From a virus, in the IMG/VR virus record IMGVR_UViG_3300030109_004085, positions 19,882 through 83,881 of that record: 64,000 nucleotides of DNA; one strand, given 5' to 3'. The notes below the pieces were generated by a model. That model was given only the letters and a program-made list of their open reading frames with translations. It did not search any database and was not told the origin of the DNA. Made by a program: the position numbers and the translations under genes. This document shows positions 25,893 through 35,197 of this stretch, in pieces (positions within the stretch are counted from its first letter, which is position 1; every line of letters starts with the position of its first letter).

Positions 25893-28800
25893 TTAATTTC
25901 CCGAGGTCTTGGGGTTCAATACTGTTCGCCCATCATAACGAATTAGTTGTGTAACAGAATTTCCAGCACCCGAAAAGTCGATTCCTTCTTGAAGCGCGTC
26001 AATCGTTACGTTAAACCCGGCAGAAGATATATCGTGTGAAACTTTAGTCACCATATAATAGCCTCCTATGCCCAGTAATCGAGCTAAGTTTGGCAAGCTT
26101 CCTTTTTGCTGCATGCTGCCTGCTCCGATCGCAATGGGATTCACATAAATATATTGTCCATTTTTATGTAAATTGTTACCAATCATTTGAATATTCGCGT
26201 TGTAAAGCTCTCTCAGCTGCAGCGCCGACAGCGCACTCTTTCTTTGGAGGCGTCCTTCACGATAATATGGGATATCGGTTCTATTAAACGATATCTTTTT
26301 GGCAATTCCGCATGCTGCCCCCAGGTAATAATGATAAATCCCTGTATTCAAGTCATCATCATAGTTTCCAGTCATTGGTCTGGAGTCAACAGAATAGAGA
26401 ACAAATGTTGGTATTGTCGGACTTTGGTTTTGAGGCAGAGCAATACAGTCTTTCTTATCGGCTGATTTTTTGGAGGACGCCAATTCTTCTACAGTTGTAA
26501 CTTTGCCGGTAAATGTCTTATCGAAATTAAATATTGAAGTATCAAATCTTAAATTAAAGTTAAGATCTTCAAAACAAGAGGCATTAAAAGCTTTTCCAAT
26601 TAATGAGCTACATACTGTTTTAATAAATCTTAAAACATTATAGTTGTCTACCTGAGGTTTCACAATATTATTGATAAACCACTCTTGGAAGACTTCCAAA
26701 GAAATTGGCATGCTCGCTATATTGGTGGTAAACTTCATTCCCACAAGTCCACGAAATCGCATTGGGTCTATTTGCGACATTTGTCGCAATACTTCAACAT
26801 CTTTGTTGTCCGGACACTGAATCTTGACTGATTCGATCTGGTAAGCCAGGAGCGGATCCAACAACTCAACCTGAGACAGAATTAGTTGAAAACTTCCTCG
26901 GTCACCTTCTTTGTCGACAATAATATCAATATGTTCCAGAACAGCATCTAGCAGATCGCCCAAATAAAAAAATGGAATCTTCAAGTCTGTGTTTGTTTTG
27001 CTCGCGGCTGTCCTCAAATTAAAGTTTGAGACCGCACCTTTAGCCTTGGCTTCTTCAGACAAGACCTCGTCGCTTTCTTCAGATTTACTAATTTCGCTAA
27101 TTTGTTTTGCAGCTGAATCATATATTGCTGCTGCTGCGCCTGAATCAGACTGCGCTTCCCAACCAACTTGATATTCGTTAGACGCCACTCTGGTTGCAGC
27201 TTTCTTTGCTCTTTCCTCAGGTGTCATGTTTTTGAAAAGAATTCTTTCAGAGGCTGGTACCACATAAGTGTATATTTTTTGATCGTTGTACAACTTGTTC
27301 AAGAACCTTTTGTACTTAATCGCTTTGCTTTGCTTTGTGAGCTTAACTTTTTCCTCAAGAAGATCTTCTTTATCTCTTCTCAAATCATTTATCGCATCAT
27401 CTTCTAGTGCTAGCGTTCGATTTTCTGGATCGTACGCATTGGTTCTTTCACTTATTCTTTTATTTTTTTCTTTAAGCTTTTCATTAATCTGTTTTAGTTG
27501 CCGGGACAATTCCGTGCCCCCAGAAAATATGTTTGCTGCTGGGGATCTTGCCAGTCCAGACAATCTTGCTTGGTAGTTTACACTCAGATCAACAGAGCCA
27601 TTTTCATTAAAGTTTAGTTCGTGGGTGGTCAGGGTTAAGTATAGCCCAACTCTTGTCTCGTTGATCGCAGCTTCAAGATTTATCCCGTAGTCCGGTCCCT
27701 TATCTCTAGAGGATTGCAAATCATTTATAATGTTTGAGAAATTTGCTGGCGTTGACCACCCTACGCACGCTTTGATTTCAAAATCTCTTGGATCATACTC
27801 CATCATCGTAGCTTCAAAACATTCTGTCGAGATAGGGGCTGCCGCGGCCTGCTCGTTGAGAGCAGTTCCCCCCCCAGATTTGTTGGATCGTTGCCTTGCA
27901 GACTTGATGATAAGATCTAGATACCCGGGCTTCGCCTGTCCTGCAGCTAGCCCCTGGTTTAACGAGAACAGATCTTGAATTGTTTGGAAATGTAAGTCCA
28001 ATCGGGCGCTTATGTTATTATCAACCTCTGCTGGGTTTACACCATCTAAATTCCAAGAAAACGATTTAATGCCGGCGCCTGGGAATCGACCATAATCATT
28101 ATTCATAATAGCCTGAATGTCCGACGGGTCTATGAAGTTTGGAAATGGTATTTCCTGTTGAAGTGTAGGAATTAACTTATTTTCACCTTCATATTCGACG
28201 CGATATATTTTAATATGTGGCGTTAGTAGAGCGTACACCTCCGGACATAAGTTTAAAAGAGCGTTTACTTCGTCAGTTTTGTCTGCATGATTAATATACG
28301 AAATCAAGTTGCCCGGGAGTGAATTCTTTCCTTGTGTACTGTTATATATCGTGCTGATATTCTCATATTTTTCCACACCACCCGCAATAACGCTATCTTT
28401 ATACTCAGTTAAAACTCTAATGTTTTCCAACAAATAGCACTGATGATCGACTGGCTTCAGGGCTTCTTTCTTCGGTGTTCTAACCACTTTTTTAGTGAAG
28501 GGTGTTCTGACGTCACCCTCATCAGCGCCTAGTATCCCTTCGGCCTGCTTAATATTTTTGTCAACTTCTCCAACAAAATCTAATAAAACTGACTTAAAGA
28601 CTGACCAAGTTACGCTTGGATATAAGGTGGCTATAGAGGTTATTACATCTTCATTCCAACCGTATATAGCTTCGAATATAGGTCCGCGCGCTTGTCGGAC
28701 TTCATCACCGCCATTATAAAATAAAATGTTTCCCGCAAAAGGCTGCCCGGGTCTTTCGTCGTACAATCCGCCGGTAAGACCTCTAAAATCATAACCTTCA

Positions 28801-29732
28801 CTTTCAAGCTCTTCTCTTGTTTTGACTTCAATTGTGCCGGCATTAGACATATATGATATTTCAACATCTGCAGGACCGAAAGTTCCCCCTGCAGGGATAC
28901 CAACAAGCTCAGTGTTTTCTGTTAGTTTTGTAACCTCCCTAGTGGAAGGGGGTATACCGTCTCGAACGGACCCTGGGTTTCTTACAGTCTTCGTCTCGTA
29001 AACTGGCGCGCCGTCTGGTACCATGTACGGGAAGTAGATGGGATTAAGGACGCCCGCAAAACGATCACCTAGTTCAGCCCTATCATCTGGCAGCGAAGTT
29101 GCGCCAAGTTTTACAGGTAAGTTTTCTGTATAATCTTTTGTGAACCACCCTGTTTGATACACAAACAGAAAGAACAAATAAATGCCTTCGCTTTGTAAAT
29201 TTAGTGTCATTCCAGCAGTTGGCCAGTCTAACACTGGCTTGTCTACCGCGCCACCGAGATTGGCAGCTTCAATATTCGCTACATCCTCCCTTGGATTAAG
29301 TCTAGGATCTCGGAAGACTTCATTTGCGTTTTGTAGAATTGTGTACAAAACGGACTTTCCAAGTTCAGTTGTAAAAAGTTTCCTTATCGACTTGTAGGTG
29401 TTAGAAGCAACCGTATTTGTGTGCAGAGTAAATTGGTTTTTTACGAAATTATCATAGGCTTCTTTGGTGTTGTCCACCCGTTTGTATTCCGTAACCTCCT
29501 CACCGGTCTCTTCGTCTGTATAAGTTTCTTTTAAGAACGCAAAATCAGGATCATTCTTATAAGCCTCCAGAAGTGTATTGAGTTTATCAGCCCACACAGC
29601 TGGGTCTACACCCTCGGGGGCAGCCCCACCAGAAGACAAGTATTCATAGACATATGATTGACATATATTTTCTATAATTTTGTTGTTAATCAAAAAATCA
29701 ACTGCTTGTTTAATGTTATTGGGCTGTGTCAT
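25893..29732 (-). CDS. Large putative baseplate hub protein
   Basis: Follows the LysM/gp53-like gene; C-terminal GGYYMVTKVSHDIS...F is typical of hub (gp27/VgrG-like) ends. Confidence 0.55.
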   Translation of the reverse strand: MTQPNNIKQAVDFLINNKIIENICQSYVYEYLSSGGAAPEGVDPAVWADKLNTLLEAYKNDPDFAFLKETYTDEETGEEVTEYKRVDNTKEAYDNFVKNQFTLHTNTVASNTYKSIRKLFTTELGKSVLYTILQNANEVFRDPRLNPREDVANIEAANLGGAVDKPVLDWPTAGMTLNLQSEGIYLFFLFVYQTGWFTKDYTENLPVKLGATSLPDDRAELGDRFAGVLNPIYFPYMVPDGAPVYETKTVRNPGSVRDGIPPSTREVTKLTENTELVGIPAGGTFGPADVEISYMSNAGTIEVKTREELESEGYDFRGLTGGLYDERPGQPFAGNILFYNGGDEVRQARGPIFEAIYGWNEDVITSIATLYPSVTWSVFKSVLLDFVGEVDKNIKQAEGILGADEGDVRTPFTKKVVRTPKKEALKPVDHQCYLLENIRVLTEYKDSVIAGGVEKYENISTIYNSTQGKNSLPGNLISYINHADKTDEVNALLNLCPEVYALLTPHIKIYRVEYEGENKLIPTLQQEIPFPNFIDPSDIQAIMNNDYGRFPGAGIKSFSWNLDGVNPAEVDNNISARLDLHFQTIQDLFSLNQGLAAGQAKPGYLDLIIKSARQRSNKSGGGTALNEQAAAAPISTECFEATMMEYDPRDFEIKACVGWSTPANFSNIINDLQSSRDKGPDYGINLEAAINETRVGLYLTLTTHELNFNENGSVDLSVNYQARLSGLARSPAANIFSGGTELSRQLKQINEKLKEKNKRISERTNAYDPENRTLALEDDAINDLRRDKEDLLEEKVKLTKQSKAIKYKRFLNKLYNDQKIYTYVVPASERILFKNMTPEERAKKAATRVASNEYQVGWEAQSDSGAAAAIYDSAAKQISEISKSEESDEVLSEEAKAKGAVSNFNLRTAASKTNTDLKIPFFYLGDLLDAVLEHIDIIVDKEGDRGSFQLILSQVELLDPLLAYQIESVKIQCPDNKDVEVLRQMSQIDPMRFRGLVGMKFTTNIASMPISLEVFQEWFINNIVKPQVDNYNVLRFIKTVCSSLIGKAFNASCFEDLNFNLRFDTSIFNFDKTFTGKVTTVEELASSKKSADKKDCIALPQNQSPTIPTFVLYSVDSRPMTGNYDDDLNTGIYHYYLGAACGIAKKISFNRTDIPYYREGRLQRKSALSALQLRELYNANIQMIGNNLHKNGQYIYVNPIAIGAGSMQQKGSLPNLARLLGIGGYYMVTKVSHDISSAGFNVTIDALQEGIDFSGAGNSVTQLIRYDGRTVLNPKTSGN

Positions 29733-29735
29733 CCT

Positions 29736-30074
29736 TTATTCCAAAATGTAATTTAATATCTTTTCTAGCGGAGTCGGTATGTAAATAATATCTCCGACAG
29801 TCAGATCAGCTTCGGTTGGTTTTTTGTTATAATGCGCAATAACCCACCAATACTTTGGATTGCCGTAATACTTTGAAGCTAGTTTGTAGTACCTGTCTCC
29901 TACACTCCAGACGTGTTGCACCCTTGTTAGGTTCTTGATTTCATCGACAGTTGGATATTTTATAAATCTAGTTCCATACTGGAAGATTTGTTTGACTCCC
30001 CTGTCTTCAAGAATATTCTCATACTCTTCTAGATTGTTTTTAAGAACTCGTCGGTTATCGTATCTGCTGGTCAT
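29736..30074 (-). CDS. LysM-like baseplate protein (gp53/tail X-like)
   Basis: GDRYYKLASKYYGNPKYWWVIAHYN...GDIIYIP. Confidence 0.8.
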   Translation of the reverse strand: MTSRYDNRRVLKNNLEEYENILEDRGVKQIFQYGTRFIKYPTVDEIKNLTRVQHVWSVGDRYYKLASKYYGNPKYWWVIAHYNKKPTEADLTVGDIIYIPTPLEKILNYILE

Positions 30075-30085
30075 AATATGAATTC

Positions 30086-30919
30086 CTAGGTTTTCTTAGT
30101 AATTTTTTCCTGCTGAGCCTCAGCTTCAGTTTGATTTGTGCCAATTCCGGTCTGCCAAACATCGGCAACCCCGTCGTTATTGAGATCGGGAGTTGTTATC
30201 TGTGGTGGTCCGACGTCTGGATTTGGATATTTGGGGACATAACCACTTGCGCCGGCGTGAGGGAAATTTCCATTTAAGCTGGCAGCCTCGCGCGATTGGT
30301 CAGCCCTTCCAAAAGAGTATGTAACTTTACCATCGGCTCCCTGACCACCTTCTGTCTGTACCCAGCCAGTTAGGTGTGTGTGCAGCACGTTAAACGTCAA
30401 TTGAACATTATGAGATTGATAAACAAAGTCTTTATCTTTATTAGCAAAAAACTGACCCACCTCTATATTTGGAGCATATGTAAAACCATTTAAAAAACCA
30501 ACCAAGTCGCTTCCATCGACTGCGTTTCTTACAAGAGAGTTGAACTTCATTTTCAATAGAGGCGCGGCTTTGAGAACCTGACTATTTTCTCTAGAGGATC
30601 CGCCGGCAACTGGATTAGAATATACAGGATACAAGAACTGAGTTAGTGTATTAAGTCTTGCCTGATTAAGCCTTGCTTCGTTAATATCAGCTGCCACAAC
30701 ATCAAAACTCATTGTTATCACGCGTCCAGTTTTGGCAAAGGTGTATAAATCGTCCATTCGCCCGTATACGGGGGTTCCTTGCCAAGTAGAGGAAAAAGCA
30801 TCAGTAAAGCCTGTAAGCCACGAATGAAACTCAACCTTTTTATTGGTTGGAATATGAGTGATATGAATTAAAAAATTTGAATCATTAAAAAATGTTGGTT
30901 GTTTTACTCTGTCGGCCAT
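30086..30919 (-). CDS. Baseplate/tail tube initiator-like protein
   Basis: Follows the tape measure gene; W...VYGRMD...R.I...F and LYPVY...PLLKMKF patterns. Confidence 0.55.
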   Translation of the reverse strand: MADRVKQPTFFNDSNFLIHITHIPTNKKVEFHSWLTGFTDAFSSTWQGTPVYGRMDDLYTFAKTGRVITMSFDVVAADINEARLNQARLNTLTQFLYPVYSNPVAGGSSRENSQVLKAAPLLKMKFNSLVRNAVDGSDLVGFLNGFTYAPNIEVGQFFANKDKDFVYQSHNVQLTFNVLHTHLTGWVQTEGGQGADGKVTYSFGRADQSREAASLNGNFPHAGASGYVPKYPNPDVGPPQITTPDLNNDGVADVWQTGIGTNQTEAEAQQEKITKKT

Positions 30920-30931
30920 TTACTTTACCTC

Positions 30932-33130
30932 CTATCCCTCGTAAAATGGGGAAATTGAATTTCTTCCTCTTGTAGAGTTCATAGCTTTGACAACAACATC
31001 ACCTAATTGCTGGTCACCGACCTGAACCTGTACATTCATCGCGTTTTGTATAGCCTCAACAAGGACAGCGGTCTGTTTTTCAACAGATTCCCTAATCGCC
31101 TTATCCAAAGTTCCGTCTGGCTTAGCAGCGACGACGCCGTCAGCGACTCTTTCAAATGTATCTTGGTTGCTGAACTGAACCATTTTTATCTCGCCATCCT
31201 GAATCTTTGTAGCACTGCTAACGCCTGCCGCGCCGCCGATTGCACCTCCAACCAATGCGCCAATTCCAGTACCGATGACGGGTATAAATGATCCGATAGC
31301 AGCACCGGTCAAGGCGCCGGTAGCAACACTGCCGCCAATAGATGTTGCTTGCGCTGCCCCGGTTTGTCCTTTCGATTTAAAATAATCAACACCCTTTGCG
31401 GTGGCGTAACCTGTTGCTCCAGCAGCTAGACCAAATGCGCCTCCGCGGGCGAAGCGACTGAACTTACCGGCTGCGCCGGCAGCTCGTCCAGTTTGGGAAG
31501 CCAAGCCTGACATCTCTCCTGTCGATCTTCTTAGTAAACTAGGCAAACGCATAAAAGGACTAAATAAGAACCCTACAGCTTTGAGTGCAAGCCCTAGACC
31601 CCCCAGCGCCAGGGCTAGTTTCCCAACACCAAACTCTATATCCATAAAGCTGGCTTTGCCTTCATTTACTTTCTGTACAAAATCAGAGAACTTATTTATA
31701 CCCTCAGATACGCTGGTTATTAAAGGAGCAAAAGAAATAATCAGCGAATTGATTGCATCGGTTAGTTTTTCCATTATGGAGCGAGCATCGCCGGCGCGCT
31801 TTGCCAACTCTTCTTGCTGTAGCGCTTGTAGTTGAACTTCTGGATCTAGCTCGTTTAAAGACCTACGAAGAGTATCAACATCAGTTCCCATGGCAGATGC
31901 AAATGCTTTTTGCTCAAACTTGTTCAATTGATCAAATTGAACACCGCCGGCCTCAATAGCTTCTTTAATCATTTCAAGACGGTCAGCCTCAGAGGCGTTC
32001 AACATATCAATGGAGTTAAGGTATGGTCCGCCCAGGATGGCGTTGAGGCGCCCTACAGCTTGTCCTGCGCCTTCAAAGGTATCGAACTTCTCACCAACCA
32101 AGCCAAGCAAAGAATCGACCGACAAGCCCGTAGCCTTTGATTGTCTTTCTAACTGTGCGAACACATCAAACATTTGCTTGCCGTAAAAAGCCAATTTTGG
32201 ACCTGCAGATGCTAAGTCTCCCGCAACTTCTGTTAATGGTTTTCCTATGTCTATCGCCAATGTTGCGGCTTGTCTAGTTAGAAGCTCGGCTTCTTGAGTA
32301 TTCATGTATAAAGACTTTGTTGCTTGATCAAGAATCGTGGCGGTCGTAGTCGCAGAAACGCCAAACTGTTTTAACGTTGCGGTTGTGGCAATGACATTGG
32401 TTCTCTCACTCTCGGAAAGATTTGTAAAATCACGGAAATTAGAAAATAAATCTTGTGCGGCTGCACCGGCATCTTCAACATTTATTCCGTAAGCTGCGAA
32501 GGCTAGTCCAGCATTTGCAATAGAACTTGCGTATTCATTTCCGGCGCCCGTTGACCTCTTAAAGGCAGCGTTTTGCCTATCAAGTTCGAAAGCAAAATTA
32601 ATAGAGTTGCCAATTACCTTTTGGAAAGTTTTTACAAACAAATCTCCTGTTATTACTGCTTTACCAAGACCAGTAACGAATCCAGCTAACCTCCGAGGCG
32701 AGGCGCCAATAGTTTGGAAGAACTTGGCGCCTTCTTTGTCAAGCTTAAGGAAACTGTTAGCTAGGTTGTCAGCTTCGGCTGCACCCTTTTCAAACTCGGC
32801 ATTCAGGTTTTTTGTGCTGCGTTCTAGTTTTTGATTTGAATCCGAAAGTTCTTTGGCGCGCCCAATAGCTTCTTCGTAACCTTCGTTTCCTTCGCCAATA
32901 GCTACAGCTTGTTTCCTGTAAAAGTCAAGTTGCTCTTTTTGATATTTTGAATCCAGAGCTGCAAGTTCTTTTTTGCTTTTAAGAGTTTCTCTTTCTAACT
33001 TGTAAAACTTTTCGGCGGCTTTTCTTTTAGCTTCGATTTGCTCAGGCGTTTGACCACCAGCGGTGCCTTGACCCTGCAATTGTGCCGTGAGTCTGTTAAC
33101 TGCTGCTGTGAGATCTGTAATTTCAGACAT
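30932..33130 (-). CDS. Tape measure protein
   Basis: Ala/Gly-rich helical protein with hydrophobic segment and glycine zipper; canonical position. Confidence 0.75.
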   Translation of the reverse strand: MSEITDLTAAVNRLTAQLQGQGTAGGQTPEQIEAKRKAAEKFYKLERETLKSKKELAALDSKYQKEQLDFYRKQAVAIGEGNEGYEEAIGRAKELSDSNQKLERSTKNLNAEFEKGAAEADNLANSFLKLDKEGAKFFQTIGASPRRLAGFVTGLGKAVITGDLFVKTFQKVIGNSINFAFELDRQNAAFKRSTGAGNEYASSIANAGLAFAAYGINVEDAGAAAQDLFSNFRDFTNLSESERTNVIATTATLKQFGVSATTTATILDQATKSLYMNTQEAELLTRQAATLAIDIGKPLTEVAGDLASAGPKLAFYGKQMFDVFAQLERQSKATGLSVDSLLGLVGEKFDTFEGAGQAVGRLNAILGGPYLNSIDMLNASEADRLEMIKEAIEAGGVQFDQLNKFEQKAFASAMGTDVDTLRRSLNELDPEVQLQALQQEELAKRAGDARSIMEKLTDAINSLIISFAPLITSVSEGINKFSDFVQKVNEGKASFMDIEFGVGKLALALGGLGLALKAVGFLFSPFMRLPSLLRRSTGEMSGLASQTGRAAGAAGKFSRFARGGAFGLAAGATGYATAKGVDYFKSKGQTGAAQATSIGGSVATGALTGAAIGSFIPVIGTGIGALVGGAIGGAAGVSSATKIQDGEIKMVQFSNQDTFERVADGVVAAKPDGTLDKAIRESVEKQTAVLVEAIQNAMNVQVQVGDQQLGDVVVKAMNSTRGRNSISPFYEG

Positions 33131-33141
33131 TGCTTAGCCGC

Positions 33142-33459
33142 CTAGTTCTTAAACGGCCACCGTAAGCCTGTTTCTTTCTCAAATCCAGAGACTGCTCTAT
33201 CTAAGTCTCTTCTGTTCGTCATGGTTCTAGAGTCGCTCAGTCCGTGTCTTATATAAGAATCCATATACCTCTTCTCGCCCCGAAGAGCTTTAAAGAACGA
33301 CTCAATCTGAGCTTGTGTCCCTCTAATAGTGGGGTTAATATTTACGCCGGCGTCATATAAATCCAGCAACAATCGGTTGACCTTATAAGAAAAATCTGTA
33401 TAAAGCCTCTCATTAAGGGACTTATCCGTTAAATCAATAACAATCTCATCTTTGCTCAT
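33142..33459 (-). CDS. Hypothetical late protein
   Basis: 105-aa ORF with GAGGTG SD and late motif. Confidence 0.7.
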   Translation of the reverse strand: MSKDEIVIDLTDKSLNERLYTDFSYKVNRLLLDLYDAGVNINPTIRGTQAQIESFFKALRGEKRYMDSYIRHGLSDSRTMTNRRDLDRAVSGFEKETGLRWPFKN

Positions 33460-33479
33460 GTGGGAACACCTCTTCTAAT

Positions 33480-33487
33480 TAAATAGT
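33480..33487 (-). promoter_or_regulatory. Putative late promoter ACTATTTA
   Basis: About 21 nt upstream of 33459. Confidence 0.65.
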
Positions 33488-33492
33488 AGCAT

Positions 33493-33520
33493 AAAGAAAA
33501 AGGCGCACTTATCGTGCGCC
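33493..33520 (-). terminator. Intrinsic terminator
   Basis: GGCGCAC-GATAA-GTGCGCC then TTTTTCTTT. Confidence 0.7.
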
Positions 33521-33703
33521 CGACATAGCTTTCTCTTCTGCAGCCTTCTTCTCATCAAAATGTTTTACGAGTCGATCCAAGAACCAGCGCCGTAATCCAG
33601 TGGGAAGCGAATAAGCCTCAGCAAAAGACCAATTTCCATGCTGCTTTAAAATAAAGAACTCTTCGTATAAAGTTGCTTGATAATCAGAGTTTAGGCCAAA
33701 AAA
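33509..33703 (-). CDS. Frameshift extension (gpT-like) of the tail assembly chaperone
   Basis: Open +1/-2 frame without a usable start, beginning at a T7 run: FFGLNSDYQATLYEEFFILKQHGNWSFAEAYSLPTGLRRWFL... Confidence 0.65.
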   Translation of the reverse strand, partial: FFGLNSDYQATLYEEFFILKQHGNWSFAEAYSLPTGLRRWFLDRLVKHFDEKKAAEEKAMSGAR

Positions 33704-34538
33704 AGTCGATATTAATCGGCACCTCCATTCGCTCTATGTGGGAGCAGTTGTCGCAATTAAAATCGGCTTTTAGTTGAATGTTTGGCATTGCCTCTTCGTA
33801 AGCTTTACGAATTTTTCTTGATAGATTGACTGGAATCTGATTTATGACCTCCTGCAAAGCGCTCGGCTGTGAGATGCCATTAACAGATACAAGGATGTTC
33901 TTCAAAAGTTCTGTAACAGTACCAACTTCCATCTTAAGCTTTCGTCTTCCTTCGACATACTTGCTGATTTTCTGTTCATCATGACCGGTCAGTAATTTGA
34001 TTTCAAAAGTAATCTCTGGGTTATACTCGTTAGCCGTAAGCAAAAAGTTGCCGTTGTCCAGAAGTTGCACATTTTCGAGCAAATTAGATTCTTTAATTTC
34101 TCTCTCTTGTAGAGAAAACTCTTTTTCGTTCAGGTGCCCGCAAGAAGGACAATTTACGCTTGTTCCATACAATGGACCAAAGCCTGTCTCTCGGACGGAC
34201 ATAATAATAGCGTTTTTATCGCCAATCAAAAGCGATGAAGGGTTAATGTTATCATCCACCAAAACAGAGCGCAAAAGCTTATCCATAACGACGCCCTTTT
34301 TAATCAGCGCTTCGGAGGAGAGGATATCTTCCTCTTTTGCTGTCATGTGTTTAATTTCAATTGTTTCTACTTTATGAAGTGGGTGTCCTTCACCATAAAA
34401 CAGTCCCTTACTTGGAAGTTCAACGAACTCCGTTGGGACCGGGAAGGAAAATAAGTTTTGTTGAAATTGTTCTGGTAGTTGCTGTTGTGGTGGCGGGGGC
34501 ACATCAGGCGCCCCTTGTCTGTTTGAATTTCTACTCAA
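33684..34538 (-). CDS. Tail assembly chaperone / T4 gp26-like baseplate assembly protein
   Basis: VELPSKG.FY, MTAKEEDIL, LLIGDK, CPSC, CDNC, FFWP end. Confidence 0.75.
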   Translation of the reverse strand: MSRNSNRQGAPDVPPPPQQQLPEQFQQNLFSFPVPTEFVELPSKGLFYGEGHPLHKVETIEIKHMTAKEEDILSSEALIKKGVVMDKLLRSVLVDDNINPSSLLIGDKNAIIMSVRETGFGPLYGTSVNCPSCGHLNEKEFSLQEREIKESNLLENVQLLDNGNFLLTANEYNPEITFEIKLLTGHDEQKISKYVEGRRKLKMEVGTVTELLKNILVSVNGISQPSALQEVINQIPVNLSRKIRKAYEEAMPNIQLKADFNCDNCSHIERMEVPINIDFFWPKL

Positions 34539-34557
34539 AAATCACCGTCTCTTTCTT

Positions 34558-35133
34558 TTATCGAATGTTTGCTAAAGCTCTAGTTGCTGGACCTACGTCA
34601 TAAGTTGCCCAGTCGTAACGCATCTGGATTGTAATATCTAGAAGTTCCTCGCCTGCGTAATCTAAATCACCGAAAGTTACATTTGTAATAAAAGCATTCT
34701 GCAACTTCCAAGTTCCAAGTGTACCACCTTCTCCAGAAAGCTCGTCAAACTGAACCTGACCAAGCGCTGCTAGCGCAGCCTGCTTGTTCGGCGTTGAGGC
34801 TGGAAGGTTCTGTAGGAAAACATCTTCCTGAACGTCAGGCTTTAGATAACCCATCTGCTGGAGTGCCTGATAAAGAAGCTCGTTACCATCTGGCGAGACG
34901 GAGTTAACAATAGTCGCTGTGCATTCATTCCATGTGACCGCGCCTGGGTAGTAATATGTGTTCCCTAAAAACTTGTGCGATGTCTCGCCAACTGTGTAGG
35001 AGGGCTTTGTAACAGACTTGGCCAAATACTCGGCGTACGCAAAGTCTCCATCCGGCGTGATAAGCTCCGGGAATCTCAAAATAAATCTGTGTTGTCTCTT
35101 AGGTTCTGAAAGTGCGCTTGTCCAAAAGGCCAT
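34558..35133 (-). CDS. Tail tube protein (gp19-like)
   Basis: EPKRQHRF, W.L.NAF...V.FGDLDY, I...MRYDWA; follows the sheath gene. Confidence 0.85.
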   Translation of the reverse strand: MAFWTSALSEPKRQHRFILRFPELITPDGDFAYAEYLAKSVTKPSYTVGETSHKFLGNTYYYPGAVTWNECTATIVNSVSPDGNELLYQALQQMGYLKPDVQEDVFLQNLPASTPNKQAALAALGQVQFDELSGEGGTLGTWKLQNAFITNVTFGDLDYAGEELLDITIQMRYDWATYDVGPATRALANIR

Positions 35134-35160
35134 TGTTATTATCTCCTGATAGGTCTAAGT

Positions 35161-35191
35161 TAAATAGTGTGGGGAGTCGGAACTCCCCCAC
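35161..35191 (-). promoter_or_regulatory. Hairpin followed by late promoter ACTATTTA (35161-35168)
   Basis: GGGGAG-TTCCGA-CTCCCC stem directly before the motif. Confidence 0.6.
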
Positions 35192-35197
35192 TTTTAT

